A stretch of 64,000 nucleotides of DNA from positions 372,001-436,000 of the forward strand of contig JAWMAR010000351.1 in NCBI GenBank assembly GCA_036785375.1. The letters run 5' to 3'. Below the pieces are notes generated by a model. The model had not been told where the DNA came from. It ran no database searches and saw only the letters and a list, made by a program, of their open reading frames with translations. The position numbers and the translations under genes were made by a program. Positions 24,301 to 44,856 of this stretch are shown here, piece after piece. Position 1 is the stretch's first letter. Each line of letters starts with the position of its first letter. This DNA is from Leucoraja ocellata. Lineage: Eukaryota.

Positions 24301-27300
24301 CACAGCGGTCCCCCCCACACCGGGTCCTCCATTGTTCTTCACCTCCCTCCTTCCCGGTGGTCCTCCACGCTCTCATTGACCTTTGTAGCAAGTACTATGG
24401 ATGGGGAATGTGAATGGCTTGGCAGCATCCAGAGATGAAGGTAGCAGAATCCTGAAGGAATAACAGCCAAGGTGCTTCAGCAGCTGGTAGTGAATGAATT
24501 TAAATGAACGATGAACCTACCTGACCTTCACAAAAGCACTGTAGATGTGACCACAGTGCTCTTAAAAGAGACAAAGCCCCATCTTCACATTGAACGAACA
24601 TGTTGAATGGAATAGACTAGGAATTTATTTGGCAACTTAGAACTAAGTATTCACAAGGAATTGTGGAAAGGTCTATCGTCATCTATAGATTTATCCTATC
24701 ACTACAATCTAGCCCAGGAGATGAACGTAGCTTTAAAGAGCAGTGCAGAAGGGCTTGCCAGGAATACTTAAAAATGAGGTGCCAATTTTGTGAAGTTGCA
24801 AAACTGGGACTACATGTTAGTTCACTACCAACATATAACATCAAAGCACTACAGTGCTGCTGCTATGCTGAGAAATTGGATGGTGTTGATGTTCAAAGAG
24901 AACTGGGTTCATGCAATGAAAGCTAATAATCGTCTAATAGCCTGTCTCTCCCCTTTGTTGACCATCAGTGACTTGTGAATGCATGTTGCTTTTACTGCTG
25001 CAAGAAATAATTTCTTTGTTCCATTTTCACTACTTATGACAATTAAACACTCTTAACTCCTCCAGTGGTAGTAATGATGTACTGCGTGAACTACAACTTA
25101 AATTATTATATTGCATAAGAGCATTTTGAAATATTATGTTGTCTCTTTGAGCTCTTCAAGTACCTAATATTTCAATAATGTTATATTAAATTTCAATAAT
25201 TACTGTGTATGCTTTGGGGAATTTTCAAAAAGTGTTGACCAAGACACCATCGATTCTCAATGTATTTGTTAAAAAAGATATGCAGTAACGGGATGGAATG
25301 TACAAATGATAAAGCTCACAGCAATCACTGACAAAATGAGGAAAATCTGATATAAGGTCATGTGCAGTAAAGCATAAAATTCCAGACACAGCTTTCAGTG
25401 ATTGCCTGCTCCTCCATTAGGGGCAGGCTGTAGCTTTGGTGTATTTAGCATAAATCAATACATTCAAGATGGCATCAATTATATATTATATTTTGTTTAA
25501 AAAAACACCTCGATAATGATTTTATTGAACTACATTGCCAGGTAGCCATATTTCCAACGTGAACAATACAGATTATGAATAGTTCTCAGGAACAAAATCC
25601 TGTCGTAATCGGGGAGAACCTGTAGTGACGCGACTGGGCCTTTCACGGTGCTGTGATGTTTTAGTGATGCAACACCTCGTACCGAGGACACTTCTCTGGA
25701 GGATATGCCATTAGGAGTGAGAGACGTCACATCCAGAGTATAAATATTGGTTCAGACCAGTTAGATCTGCATTCGTGCTGCAAATATTTTCCAGTACTTC
25801 GAACAACTTACCCACCCAGTCTCTATTCCTCATGATCGAGTGCACATACAATACAGAAGACACAAGAAATAAATAAAATTGGACATGCAGCACAGACCTC
25901 TTCCATCATTAGTAAGATATGACCCTTGGCCTTGATGCTTTTCTGCCTGATTCTCATAACCCTAGTAGCACCAAAAATCTACCCAACACAGTCCTGAAAG
26001 TACTTACTGATTGTCTAGGAATGAGAATTCCAAAGAAACATTTCAGAAAATAAATTCCTCCTCATCTCAGCTTCAGTGGCCAACTCTTACCTTGATACGA
26101 CGCACCTAATTCAGGGTTGTCCCATAGGGAAATAGCCTCATGGCTTCCAGTCAATAAACTCCCTCGGAATGTTACGTTTCGTCTCCCAAACCGCAAAATC
26201 TCCCAAACCATAATATTATACCTTTTCAAAGCTTCATCATGATCTGTCCTGGTGAATTTCTTATGTTCCAATACAAACTTTCAAAAGCATTAAAGTACTT
26301 TCTGGAAATTGTTCAACATTTCAAATCTAGTTTGATTAGGGCATGGAAACCTCAGCATAATCTCTGTAGGTTAACCCAGTATGAAACAAAAGCAAATGTT
26401 AGCTCAGTTCAATTCAAAATTTAACTTGCAAGAAAAACATTGAACAATTTCTTCACTAGTAAGAACTGGACCATAATTTTAGTCTCTAATTCATTTGCAT
26501 CATCAACCTAAATCCAATTCACGTTCTAGAAAATATTTTGATCAACAAGCAATTGACTAAATGAGATTCAATAATGAGCCAATGTAAACAAATGGTTCAT
26601 ATTGGCTATTGACCTCCCCAGCATTGAAGACATCTCGACAGGAAGTGCTGCCTCAAAACACAGCTAAAATCAAAGATCTATGCTACGCTGGTCACAGCTG
26701 GTACCCTAGTACCTTAGCTGCTACCAAGGGAAAAGTGGCACAGGAGCCAGAGAACCATAGCTCTTCTTCCTATCAACTATCAGGCTCTTGAACAATTATG
26801 CACAACTCTAACCACAACCCTCAGCACCAAAGAACTAGGGACCAAGCATATGTATGTACTACATATGTTGGCTTGCACTATTATGGCCTGGTTACCTAAT
26901 GCAACTGATAATTTATTGTATTATTGTTTGGTGTATATTTATTTATTTATTGCACAAATATGTCTATAAAGCTGCAGCAAATAAGAATGTCATTGTTTTG
27001 GACCCACTGATAATTACACACTCTAGACTCTTAACTCTTTTGTATTGATTTACTCTACTGTATTTCAGTTTTAAACCCCATGCCACTAAAATCTTTGGGA
27101 ACAGGCGAGTTCAACCCAAACACCTCAACTAAATAAACTCCAACCAACATCAAAACAGAGACTATTTGCAGGAATTTGATTTGTTAAATAGTAGGTCTAC
27201 CCACTTGGTTGCAATGTGCACCCTACAATTTTGTATATGTGCAAGTCTTTAGTTCATCGAATTCCTTCAAAATCTGAGATTAGTTCAATGGTCCAATTAT

Positions 27301-30300
27301 AGTTCCCCTTCGATGGAGAGATACAATCTTCAAAAATCAAAACCAAAATACATACCAGCAATCAAAGAAGGTTCTGTTGGGTGAAATGCCAGGCTCATGA
27401 CAGCACTGGAAACATAAATCACAACATTTGGTCGGTTTGGGTTCAATCCTCTGCGATCCAGATTCCAAGTACACACGTAAGATTTCTCTGTGCTCCAGTC
27501 ACCATCTTGTAACCTGTAATTATTAAATATTGTTCTGGGCAACTCTAAAAGCATGTTACAAACATATATAGGTACATTTACTAGCGGTCTCCAAATTAAT
27601 AAATACTAATAAAAATAAGTAATTTTACCAATTGTGAAAATCATTCATTTTTGAAGAAAGATAGTGACGAAGAACTAATTTGGGCATTTTTCCACCATGA
27701 ACCGGAAGCTGCCAGCCAATATTAATTCATTAACAAAGATCATGTAGCATTAAGACTTACAAAAACTTATATTAGAAGTTCCTTCGAACATTTTAAAAAA
27801 AAAGCACAATTATGGGCAGCACAACAGTAGTGTTGCTGCTGTTCACGGGTGCTGTCTGTACGGCGTTTGTACGTTCTCCCCGTGACCGCGTGGGTTTTCT
27901 CCGAGATCTTTGGTTTCCTCTCACACTCCAAAGACGTACAGGTATGTAGGTTAATTGACTTGGTATATGTGTAAATTGTCCCTAGTGTGTGTAGGATAGT
28001 GCTAATGTGTGCAGGGATCGCAGGTCGGCACGGACTTGGTGGGCCGAAGGGCCTGTTTCCGCGCTGCATATCTCTAAAATTTAAACTAAAATGAGATTCC
28101 ACGATCAGAAAAGAATGAATAGCTTGCATCCCAAAACTCGTAAAAAGAGATGGCTAAGAATGACCCAATTTTACTAACCCAATGAGCAGAGAGAACTGGT
28201 ACTCATTATAACAGATGTTGAGGCAAATAAGATGGATCTATTTAAGGGGAAGCTAGACAAGCAAATAACACAAGGTAAATGACGATCTTTTAAAACTATT
28301 CTACTGCTCCTGACAGCAGTCAACATAGTGAGTCTTTTCAATAACAATTCAAAATAGACTACAATACAGTTCCACTCAGGATAATCCTGGCATGCAATTC
28401 CATTAATTGTTTCATTTGTCTGTCTTCCATCAGATCTCCAAGAAGACAGGCTTAAATGATTTGCTAGCCTTTCAGCAACTTTGAGTGATTTAACATTTCC
28501 CTTGTAGTTCTAATTGATAGTATGCATTGATCACAGTATCCAAACAAACATTTTCCTAATTTAGTTTAAATGAACATTATATGCCAGATGTGCTAGATCC
28601 AAGCAGACATCTGATATTCTTCCATTTCCTAAATGTTAAGAGCATAAGTAGCATAGTAAAAGCATAAGTAGCATAGTAAATTCATATTTTTATACATTAA
28701 GTGTATCTGTCTCCATCTTTCCATCAAGAAACAATACACGGCATTTGCCAAAGGAGTTCCACAGTGAACTGAATTTCCAGTATCAATGGTCTAAACAATG
28801 GTACCAATAGCTGCCTATGCATTCCACATATCATTCCTGAGAGCATTTCCTACACAGAAATTGATCGAAGAATCTTGATGGAAGTGAATAATTGGCTTGT
28901 TTGATTTGTGAGATCTTATTGTTGTGCTTCCCGACTCACTGACACATTCAGCAATAAGATCACCCAAACCAGGCCAGCAAGTATTCATCTCAGTCAAGAA
29001 CACCAACAATGAACAGATGGACGATCTTGGTTATTTGTCACAATACCTGCCATATGAACAAGCAATAACAGAGCCGGTTGCATTCCACGACACGCCAGTG
29101 ACATGCAGCAGTCGCTCGCAGGCTTCTGGATAATGCAGGGTATATAAACAAGAAACCTACAGCAGGAATTAAACAAAAAAGAATTGTTAAACTTCCTCCG
29201 TCAATAAAAGGAAAGTATATCCTCATACTTGAGGATCTTACTGTATTTAGTCATTAATCAGTCAAATGGTAAGATGTCTATCATTGTCAACAAAGAAAGT
29301 AGAACAGAGAAGACCTAGTGAAGGGAAGGGACATTCCAATCCATTGAAAACCATTCTTACGGCCAAATTCGCAAACAGTGGAAAGGGATTACAAATTCTA
29401 TTGCTCCATGCTAGACAGTCACAGCACTGGAGTTCCAAGAACTAATGTTCATGAGCAAGGGTGCCACAATTTCCATTAGTCCAAGAACTTGTGCAAGGGC
29501 ATTGCAAATTTTTGTTGCTGAATACTTTGTTTTTAACATCTTATGGAAGTGCCATTTGTAAGAGTAGGGATGGTGGTGTCCCAATCCAGCAACATGTTCT
29601 AAACATTTTGTGTCTACCTTCCATTATCTGAATGGTGTCAGATTAGGAAAAGGGGAGATGCAACGAGACCTGGGTGTGCTTGTACATCAGTCACTGAAAG
29701 TAAGCAGGCAGTGAAGAAAGCTAATGGCAGGTGGGCGTTCATTGCGAGAGGATTTGAGTTTAGAAGCAAGGAGGTCCTACTGCAGTTGTACAGGGCCCTG
29801 GTGACACCACACCTGGAGTATCGTGTGCAATTTTGGTCTCCTAATTTGAAGGAGGACATTATTGCTATTGAGGGAGTGCAGCGTAGGCTCACCAAGCTAA
29901 TTCCCAAGATGGCAGGACTGACATATGATGAAAGAATGGGTCGACTGGGCTTGTATTCACTGGAATTTAGAAGGATGAGAGGGCATCTTATAGAAACATA
30001 TAAAATTCTTCAGGGATTGGACAGGTTAAACGCAGGAAAAATATCTCCGAATTTGGGGGAGTCCAGAACCAGGGGTCACAGTTTAAAAATAAGGGGTCGG
30101 CCATATAGGACTGAGATGAGGAAAAACATTTTCACTCAGAGAGCTGTGAATCTGTGGACTTCTCTGCCACAGAGGCCATTCCATTGCATGTTTTCAAGAG
30201 AGAGTTAGATTTAGCTCTTAGGGCTAAGGGAATCAATGGATATGCGGAAAAAGCGGAACAGGGTACTGATTTTGGATGATCAGCCATGATCATATTGAAT

Positions 30301-33300
30301 AGCGGTGCTGACTCGAAGGGCCAAAAGGCCTTCCCCTGCACCTATTTTTCTGTTTTTCTATGTTCTATGATTTCTATGCTTGACTGACAGTTCTCAGCTC
30401 GACTGAATGTGCTCAGCTGCATTTTCCATGTCACTGTAAAGTCGTATTTTAATCATGTAACACTGTAAGCAACAACTAATATACAGCTTATACTTATTTT
30501 TTATTGATGAAATGGTTCTTTAAATTTTTATTAATTTATGCCAAGAACAAGCTATCACAATTATAAAGTTGCACACCTCAGGCAAAAAAATCCACATACT
30601 CCAGCATGTCACTCCAATAGTTTTAAAGTTTTGGTGATGCTCATTAAATGCAAAAGGATAGGAGTAGGGTATTTGTTCCTCTTGAGCCTACTCTGCTCCA
30701 GTTACATCACAGCTAACCACTTGTACAGGCTAAAGAAATATCACCAATAATGTCCCTCAAAAACTATCCCTATAAAGTAGGCACATAGCCAACATCTGTA
30801 TTCTCAACATAGGCAGCAATAAAGAACATTATTTTCCTGCATCCACCCATTGCATTGTACATTGCATGCAGATTCAACTGTCAACACCCCAACAAGATCA
30901 CCCCTCCCAGGACAATCATGCCAGAAATCTTCTGGTAGTCAAAAGAAAATGCAACAAAAACACATGAAAGAAAAAAAACATCACAAGTTGGAAAGAACCA
31001 CAGCATCTACTGAGCAAGAACCTGCTTCAAAGAAATGCCTCGCCTTTGAACCTGGAAAGGGAGGTGGAATAGGAAGAGGAAAAAGATTTCCCAAAGTTCA
31101 GGAAAACGTGTGCAATTTCTACAGGTAGAAATTAATCCCGAACACAGATCTACGTCACCTCGGGATCCAATGAAGCACAAATTCAAATCAAGAGACAATC
31201 ATGACGGATATACATAGAAACATAGAAAATAGGTGCAGGAGGCCAATCGGCCCTTCGAGCCAGCACCGCCATTCATTGTGATCATGGTTGATTTTCCCCA
31301 ATCAATAACCCGTGCCTGCCTTCTCCCCATATCCCTTGATTCCACTAGCCCCTAGAGCTCTATCGAACTCTCTCTTAAATCCATCCAGTGACTTGGCCTC
31401 CACTGCCCTCTGTGGCAGGAAATTCCACAAATTCACAACCCTCTGAGTGAAAACGTTTTTTCTTACCTCAGTCTTAAATGGCTTCCCCTTTATTCTAAGA
31501 CTGTGGCCCCTGGTTCTGGACTCGCCCAACATTGGGAACATTTTTCCTGCATCTAGCTTGTCCAGTCCTTTAATAATTGTATATGTTTCTAGAAGATCCC
31601 CCTCATCCTTCTAAACTCCAGTGAATACAAGCCTAGTTTTTTCAATCTACGCTGCACTGCCTCATTCTCCTCAGATTAGGATGAGAAGAAAATTACTTTG
31701 TGGATACTTGACTGATTAGTCACTTATTTTACATCAAAGCAGACCTCAATGGTCTCAAGGACTACATCTTTTAAAACTCATCAGAAATCTCATCAAAAGA
31801 CCCAAACTAATAAACTTTTATGACATCAGCAATTTAAAACCAAAATACTGTAAACGCCACAAATCTGATCTGAATTTTACAAAACATTTGAAACACTCAG
31901 CAATTCAGCAATGGACAGATTAAACATAACAGAAACATGGAAAAGTCATAAATAAATGTCAAGGATGCAGACGAGTGTGGAGTGGACATGAAAGAACAAA
32001 AAGGAAAGTATCAGATTAAGTGGAACACAAGGGGATTAAATTACAAAAAGATGGTACTGCATCCTAAAATTTAAATATGGTCGTAAAATAATTCTCTTGA
32101 AAAACACCGGGGCTTGATGAGAATGTCAAGGTCTCCAAGAGCTAATTAGTTCCACCTATTTCTCCCCTCCACTCATCCCCTTCCCTCCTGCATTGCAATT
32201 TTGTCTCTCTAGCTTTACAACCTGCAAACTCTTCAAACCCGTCTCAAAATTGGTGTCATATCAGCATTAAAACTAAATTTTTGTGGGCCTGACAGGGCTG
32301 TGAACATTTTCAAATTTTAACCTCTCAATTAATTCAAAACCACACTTTCCTTGTGGTTAAAATTACACTACATATATAAGGTTCAACGTATTGCCATTTA
32401 CGTTGCCATTCAACATGGCAACGTAAATGATCTTGTTAAGCAGACAAAATCACTAGTTTCGATTCCCTATATTTTAAACAAGGAGATTGTTACTGCACAA
32501 TAGCAGTCCAATAACAATCTTGTCAGAAACTAGTCTGGTAAATGCGAGCAAATTAATTTCTGTGGCTAAAGTTCAGTATCTGTTTTCGTATAATTTACAT
32601 TGTACATATTTAATCCGACTAGTCCTCCGAGGTAATTCAGACAATTTTGCCCTCCCCACAAAAGATTTATCCACCTATGTTCTAAGATATCAAAGGCTTG
32701 TGCAGCATTTTATGCCAAATCTATAAAAGCAACCTTGTCACGGTGTTTGGTTTTGCAGTTTGTTTCCATGAACTGTTTTTATTTTTGGCGCAGTCCCAAA
32801 GAAAGCTCAGACCAATTTCAAATTTATTTGAACGCCCTGCCAGATGTCTGAACTTGCCTCTTCATCGCAATACAGTGCAATTTAGTTAGTGCCCAAGTTA
32901 ATTTGCGGTTAAATAAAATTAATATCTGCATGGTGTCATCATATCTCCTTTGTTCATCCAAAAAAAGGATCTGGAAGTTTACATTTCTGCTTCCCAATAA
33001 TTATTTGACTAACTTGATTTGAAAGCAAAGACTGGCACATGCATAGCACTTTTCCAAAGCATTTGGTCAATTGAGAAGCTTTGAGTTATTCTTATAATGG
33101 AGCACTGATATGCTGAAAGGTTGTGGAATGTATTGTGTTTGATCTCACAAACTTATTCTTCTCCCTATTAATGTTGGAAATACATACTTGGTGTTATAAA
33201 AAACAAACCTCTTCCCATTTCTCTATGATGAATTTTATATTTGCACATTTATTCCCAAATTCAGACTCAACTCAAAATCTTCATCTATGACTTCTAAACT

Positions 33301-35829
33301 TGACTGTTCCAATACATTCTTCCCTTGTATAAATTTGCAGGCATATGAATTAGGAGCTGACTACCCACTGTAATTTAAAAACATCTTGTTTTGTGTGATT
33401 GATTGAAAGATACAGCATGGAAACGGGTCCTTTGACCCACCGTTTTGCAGGCACCTTTGGAATTTCTACCCTGCAGGTGGAACAGTGTGTATGCAGGTCT
33501 GAAGAAGGGTTTCGACCCGAAATGACACCCATTCCTTCTCTCCAGAGATGCTGCCTGTCCCACTGTTCAACTTTTTGTGTCCATCTTTAGTGCATACGCA
33601 GGTTTGTGATGAGAGAGTCTGGCACCTTGTCATGAATAACAACAATGTCAGACTGTTGCCCGACCAGTTTGTTGCAAAACACTCCTAATTTTGACACCAT
33701 TCCCCAGATGTTTAAGGAACTCCACAGGTCAAGCGAGCTGGAAGCAACTTTGTTGTATCTTAATTTGATACCTAGGTCAATATCAGGTAGTCTATCTGCA
33801 AAACGCTCTCTCTTAATGTAGCAGTAACAGTGCAAAAAAGGTTTGTCCAGTTATTTTAGTGTCAAACATTCATAATGGAAATGGAAACAAGGGACTGCAA
33901 TGCTGGAATCACGAGCAAAACGCTGGAGAAACTCAGCAGGTCAGGCAACATCTGTGGAGGGAATGGACAGATGATGTTTTGGGTCACGATCCTTGTTCAG
34001 TTCAGTGTTGGATTAGGGAGGGAAAAGCTGGAAAAGAGAAGTGGGAGCAGGACAAAGGCTGGCAAGTGTGAAGTGGATATCAGTGAAATGGGGGTGCAGT
34101 GGGGGTGATTGTCAGACGGGTGAAATAGAGATAGAAATAGAGACAAAGACTGGAGGTGAAAAGAAGATAAAAGGTGTCAGCTAAGGAAAGAAGAGAAGGT
34201 GTGGAATATAATGGCAGAGGGAGAAATAAGGGGCTATGAGAAACAGGAAAGAGGGAAGATAAAATTAAAAATTGAGATGGAGATGGGAGAAGCATATGGA
34301 GAAAGGGAAGGATCAGGGTGGTAGTGGAGGGGGGGGGGGGGGGGAGAGGGGTTGATACTTGCAATTTTTGTTCAAACACTCTTAATGATAATTTGGAGTC
34401 ACACGGAAGTTATACCATACAAGGCTGGCAGATTCCCTATCTGAACGACACAAGTGAATCAGATTGTTTCTACCATCGATTTGATCATATTTGTGGTCTA
34501 AGATGTTATTATTTTTCCAAATTGATTGATATTAATTGAACTTAAATTTCACAGCAGCATTGTGTGATTTAAGTCGGGTCTCTCAATATTATTTCAGGTC
34601 TTTGGATTGCTAATCCATGAATTTAACTCCCGTATCACTGTACATTTGTTCAACTTCATTATTGAAGACCTTTTTTGTAAACTACCTTCAGGCTTTACAA
34701 CCAATAAAATCTAACTGAAGTTGGATCAGAATCATTATATAGAAAATGCCAATGCCAAAGATTCTGACAAGATTATGCAATAAATTTGCTTAGATTATCT
34801 GCTTTCGTATTGCTAACGGAGAGACAAATATTGACCACGACATCGGTGTTGAGAACTAGCTTCTTTTACATTAATCATAGAAAACAATGCAGATTTTTGT
34901 ATAATGTTGCAAACATGTACATATCTGCCATTCAACAAATGTATGCAGAAGAGGAATAAGTGCAAATAGAAATTTGTCACTTAAAGAAGGTGTGTATGTC
35001 TCTGTGATATTCTGAAGCCGTTAAGTATATAAATACATCATTTATATCCTACACATTACGCACAAATTCGCATTAAAACACAGGAACAAATCATTTTCCA
35101 CCACGATCAAAATACCACAATCAATCATAGTTCCTCATCTATTTAAAAACATATAGGAAATAATTAAAGTTTGCAAATATAAATTAACTGGATGAAAGAT
35201 ACGCGTCATGCAGTTTCGGAAGGGTCTCAACCCGAAACGTCACCCATTCCTTTTCTCCAGTCACTCCAGCATTTTGTGTCTATCTTCGGTGTAAACAAAC
35301 ATCTACAGTTCCTTCCTCCACATGCAGTGTTTGTTTATGTACATGCAAGGACAGGTTCATGTCAAGAATATCCTAACTAACATATGAACATTTAGTTGTC
35401 TACATACATGTTGATATAATTGAATTCACAATTATATTGTACGTGTTGTGAAACTACACAGATCTTGAAATATCCTAATTCCCACTAACTCACTGTCTGT
35501 GGCTGGTCTACCCAGTTAACTTCAAAACCATCAAACGCGTGGCTCTGGATATTCTTCCTTAACTCCTTGATCACCATCGGCTCCACTTGCCGCAGGAAGC
35601 GGGCTAGGCGTGGGAAATCAACCGATGGTTCGATGCTGCGATCCGCGACAGAGAGGTCTCGGCGGTCGGAAAGCTCTGTCTGCGTACTGATCTCCGCGCT
35701 GCGTCGTATCTGCACTGAGGCTTCGGCGCGCCGAACCTCCACTGTTTGACAAACTGCGTCACAGAACTCGGGAGTTTTTCTCCAGCGCGACTCCACCGTC
35801 ACGGCCTCTTGCGCCTCGTCGGTGAACAT
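18110..35829 (-). CDS. DYNC2I2: DYNC2I2 (WDR34), dynein-2 intermediate chain; 8 coding exons, 1503 nt, 500 aa
   Basis: Spliced translation MFTDEAQ...[11 protein letters not shown]...WD40 repeats...[18 protein letters not shown]; exon phases add up in frame; QT motifs near the N-terminus. Confidence 0.95.
20364..20521 (-). CDS. DYNC2I2: DYNC2I2 exon 7 ([19 protein letters not shown]...AAATGEG)
   Basis: ctcgcag|A AAC ... GAG G|gtaagt; 158 nt. Confidence 0.93.
20919..21145 (-). CDS. DYNC2I2: DYNC2I2 exon 6 ([12 protein letters not shown]...CSPFHR)
   Basis: ccccag|GTA ... CAC AG|gtctgt; 227 nt. Confidence 0.9.
21941..22105 (-). CDS. DYNC2I2: DYNC2I2 exon 5 (VQWNQ...PRNVKLK), GC donor
   Basis: aacag|GTG ... 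AAG|gcgagc; 165 nt. Confidence 0.85.
22426..22614. repeat. Fold-back Penelope-like repeat insertion with 14-bp TSD
   Basis: Palindrome 22424-22584; ACTATTCCCTTCTC at 22412-22425 and 22615-22628. Confidence 0.85.
22935..23044 (-). CDS. DYNC2I2: DYNC2I2 exon 4 ([10 protein letters not shown]...EPVYQ)
   Basis: cttcag|GT GGG ... CAG|gtaaaa; 110 nt. Confidence 0.93.
27356..27513 (-). CDS. DYNC2I2: DYNC2I2 exon 3 ([21 protein letters not shown]...PSLIAG)
   Basis: tacag|G TTA ... GCT G|gtatgt; 158 nt. Confidence 0.93.
27845..28091 (+). mobile_element. 5'-truncated V-SINE (HE1-like)
   Basis: V-domain plus GGGCCGAAGGGCCTGTTTCC and a (CTAAA)n tail. Confidence 0.8.
29047..29156 (-). CDS. DYNC2I2: DYNC2I2 exon 2 ([10 protein letters not shown]...CSYGR)
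   Basis: gtag|GTT ... GGC AG|gtattg; 110 nt. Confidence 0.92.
29620..30378 (+). mobile_element. CR1 LINE 3' fragment
   Basis: ORF with [19 protein letters not shown] and RTRGHSLK; (TTTCTATG)n tail. Confidence 0.9.
31214..31646 (-). mobile_element. CR1 LINE 3' fragment
   Basis: [13 protein letters not shown]...[10 protein letters not shown]; (CATAGAAA)n tail. Confidence 0.9.
35494..35829 (-). CDS. DYNC2I2: DYNC2I2 exon 1
   Basis: ATG at 35829; ...CAG ACA|gtgagt; 336 nt. Confidence 0.92.
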
Positions 35830-36377
35830 GGCCCGTCGAGTTACAAAATCAAACGAAATCTCAACCGATTTTCATTTATTTCTCGACAGAAATGCCCCCA
35901 AGCCTAGAACTCATCCGCCTCCCCCACACACACAAAAAAAACCCTCATCCACCGAGCATGAGCTAATATTCGACACGATCCAATCAGTGCGCCCTGTCAC
36001 CATGACGACCTGGTCCAATTGGTGCCCGCTGCTTCGTGACGTCACCGCCGCCCTCGCGCCGCCGCCGAGATGGGCCAATGGAAGGCGACGCTGAAGGGTA
36101 TGTCGGAGCAAGGGCGGCGCGACGCGCCTGCGTGGTGGCGGCGGCTCGGAGTGCTGTGCTGTGGTGTGTGTGTGTGTGTCTGCGCGCGCGTGCGTGTGGA
36201 GCTGCTGGGCTCGAGCGTTTTTTTTCCACTGTGATAGAGGCGCGAGACCCACTCTGAGCCTTCGAGAGGGGGAAAGAGAACGAGTGAAGGGAAGATTAAA
36301 CTAAATAAAAGCGCATCTAGAGCTTTTCATCTTTTTTCCCCTCTTTTTTTATTTCCCCCCTCTTTCCTCCTTCCAAG
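35830..36377. promoter_or_regulatory. CpG-island bidirectional promoter of DYNC2I2 and SET
   Basis: CpG-rich; CCAAT at 35980, 36015 (CCAATTGG) and 36075; CRE TGACGTCA at 36037-36044; GC boxes; X-box-like GTCACCATGACGAC at 35996-36009. Confidence 0.85.
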
Positions 36378-43858
<7,481 letters not shown>

Positions 43859-44621
43859 TTTGTTTGCTGTTGACATTCACCTCTTCCCCCTACTTTTTTT
43901 CTCTTTAGTCCCTGGGAGCAAGTTGCTGTCTCTTTGTGCTCAGTTTCCTTGTTCTCCTGAGGTCCTTAAACCATTATACACAATTGGGATGAGTTACATG
44001 CGCAAACTACAGTGGCAATCTCTTTCTGCCATTTTCCACGAACTGATATGAATTGTCCTCCAACCAGCTGATCAGCAGGCAGATATCCATAGTAATGTGA
44101 TTTTTTTTTTACTTTTTATTTTAACCCCATCACCACCAACAAACGCAAATTCCCTCTGCTGGAAGCCCAGAACTTCTCTCTACCTTTTGTGCTGTGACCA
44201 TAGATGATTTGAATAGGCTTTTTTCTTACCTGTTCTGGCCCAGAGATTACACTGTTTCCATGTATTGTGGACAAATAGCAGTTACCATCAAGTCCTTGTT
44301 TCCTTCTCTCTTGTAACAAATCGGGGTGTGATTGACGCACCTGAGGTAGATGCAGCTGGTTGGGTTCTACTGGGTGGGTTTGTTGGGTATTTTGAGGACG
44401 TGGCTGTACTTAGCACGTTGATGCATTGTATATTTTTACAACATCCCGTGCAACTAAAGCCAATACTTTTAAATATTAATCGATTTGAGCCCCACAGCAG
44501 ACGGTGACAACCTGTAGAATCTTATTGGAATCTACATTCTCTAATGTAATTTTTTTTTGTTTCACTGGAAAGGAAAATTGCTCAGTTTTAAACGTTAAAA
44601 GTGTACAAGTTGCTTTGTTAC

Positions 44622-44627
44622 AATAAA
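44622..44627 (+). terminator. SET proximal poly(A) signal
   Basis: AATAAA flanked by UGUA motifs, with GU-rich sequence downstream. Confidence 0.7.
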
Positions 44628-44763
44628 ACTAAATGTGTACACAAAAAGTGTGTGGTGAGTTTACTTTTCACCTGGAATGTTCTGAGAGCTTGTTATCAGA
44701 CATCTTGAATAATAATTTTATAACGTTTAGAGGAAATTCTATGGATCTGAAGTAATATCTGAC

Positions 44764-44856
44764 GTCTGAAGAAGGGTCTTGACCCGAAACATCACCCATT
44801 CCGTCTCCAGAGATGCTGCCTGTCCCACTGAGTTACTCCAGCATATTGTGTCTACC
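44764..44856 (+). repeat. Penelope-like short repeat with hammerhead-like core and 11-bp TSD
   Basis: CTGAAGA-AGGGT-CTTG-ACCC-GAAA-CA-TC; TAATATCTGAC at 44753-63 and 44857-67. Confidence 0.8.

Noticed and set aside
24205-24365. C-rich tandem repeats of about 55 bp with apparent spacers
   Set aside because: A degenerate minisatellite inside a retroelement tail; eukaryotic context and no unique spacers, so not CRISPR.
28641-28680. Perfect 20-bp tandem duplication
   Set aside because: An ordinary slippage event in an intron.
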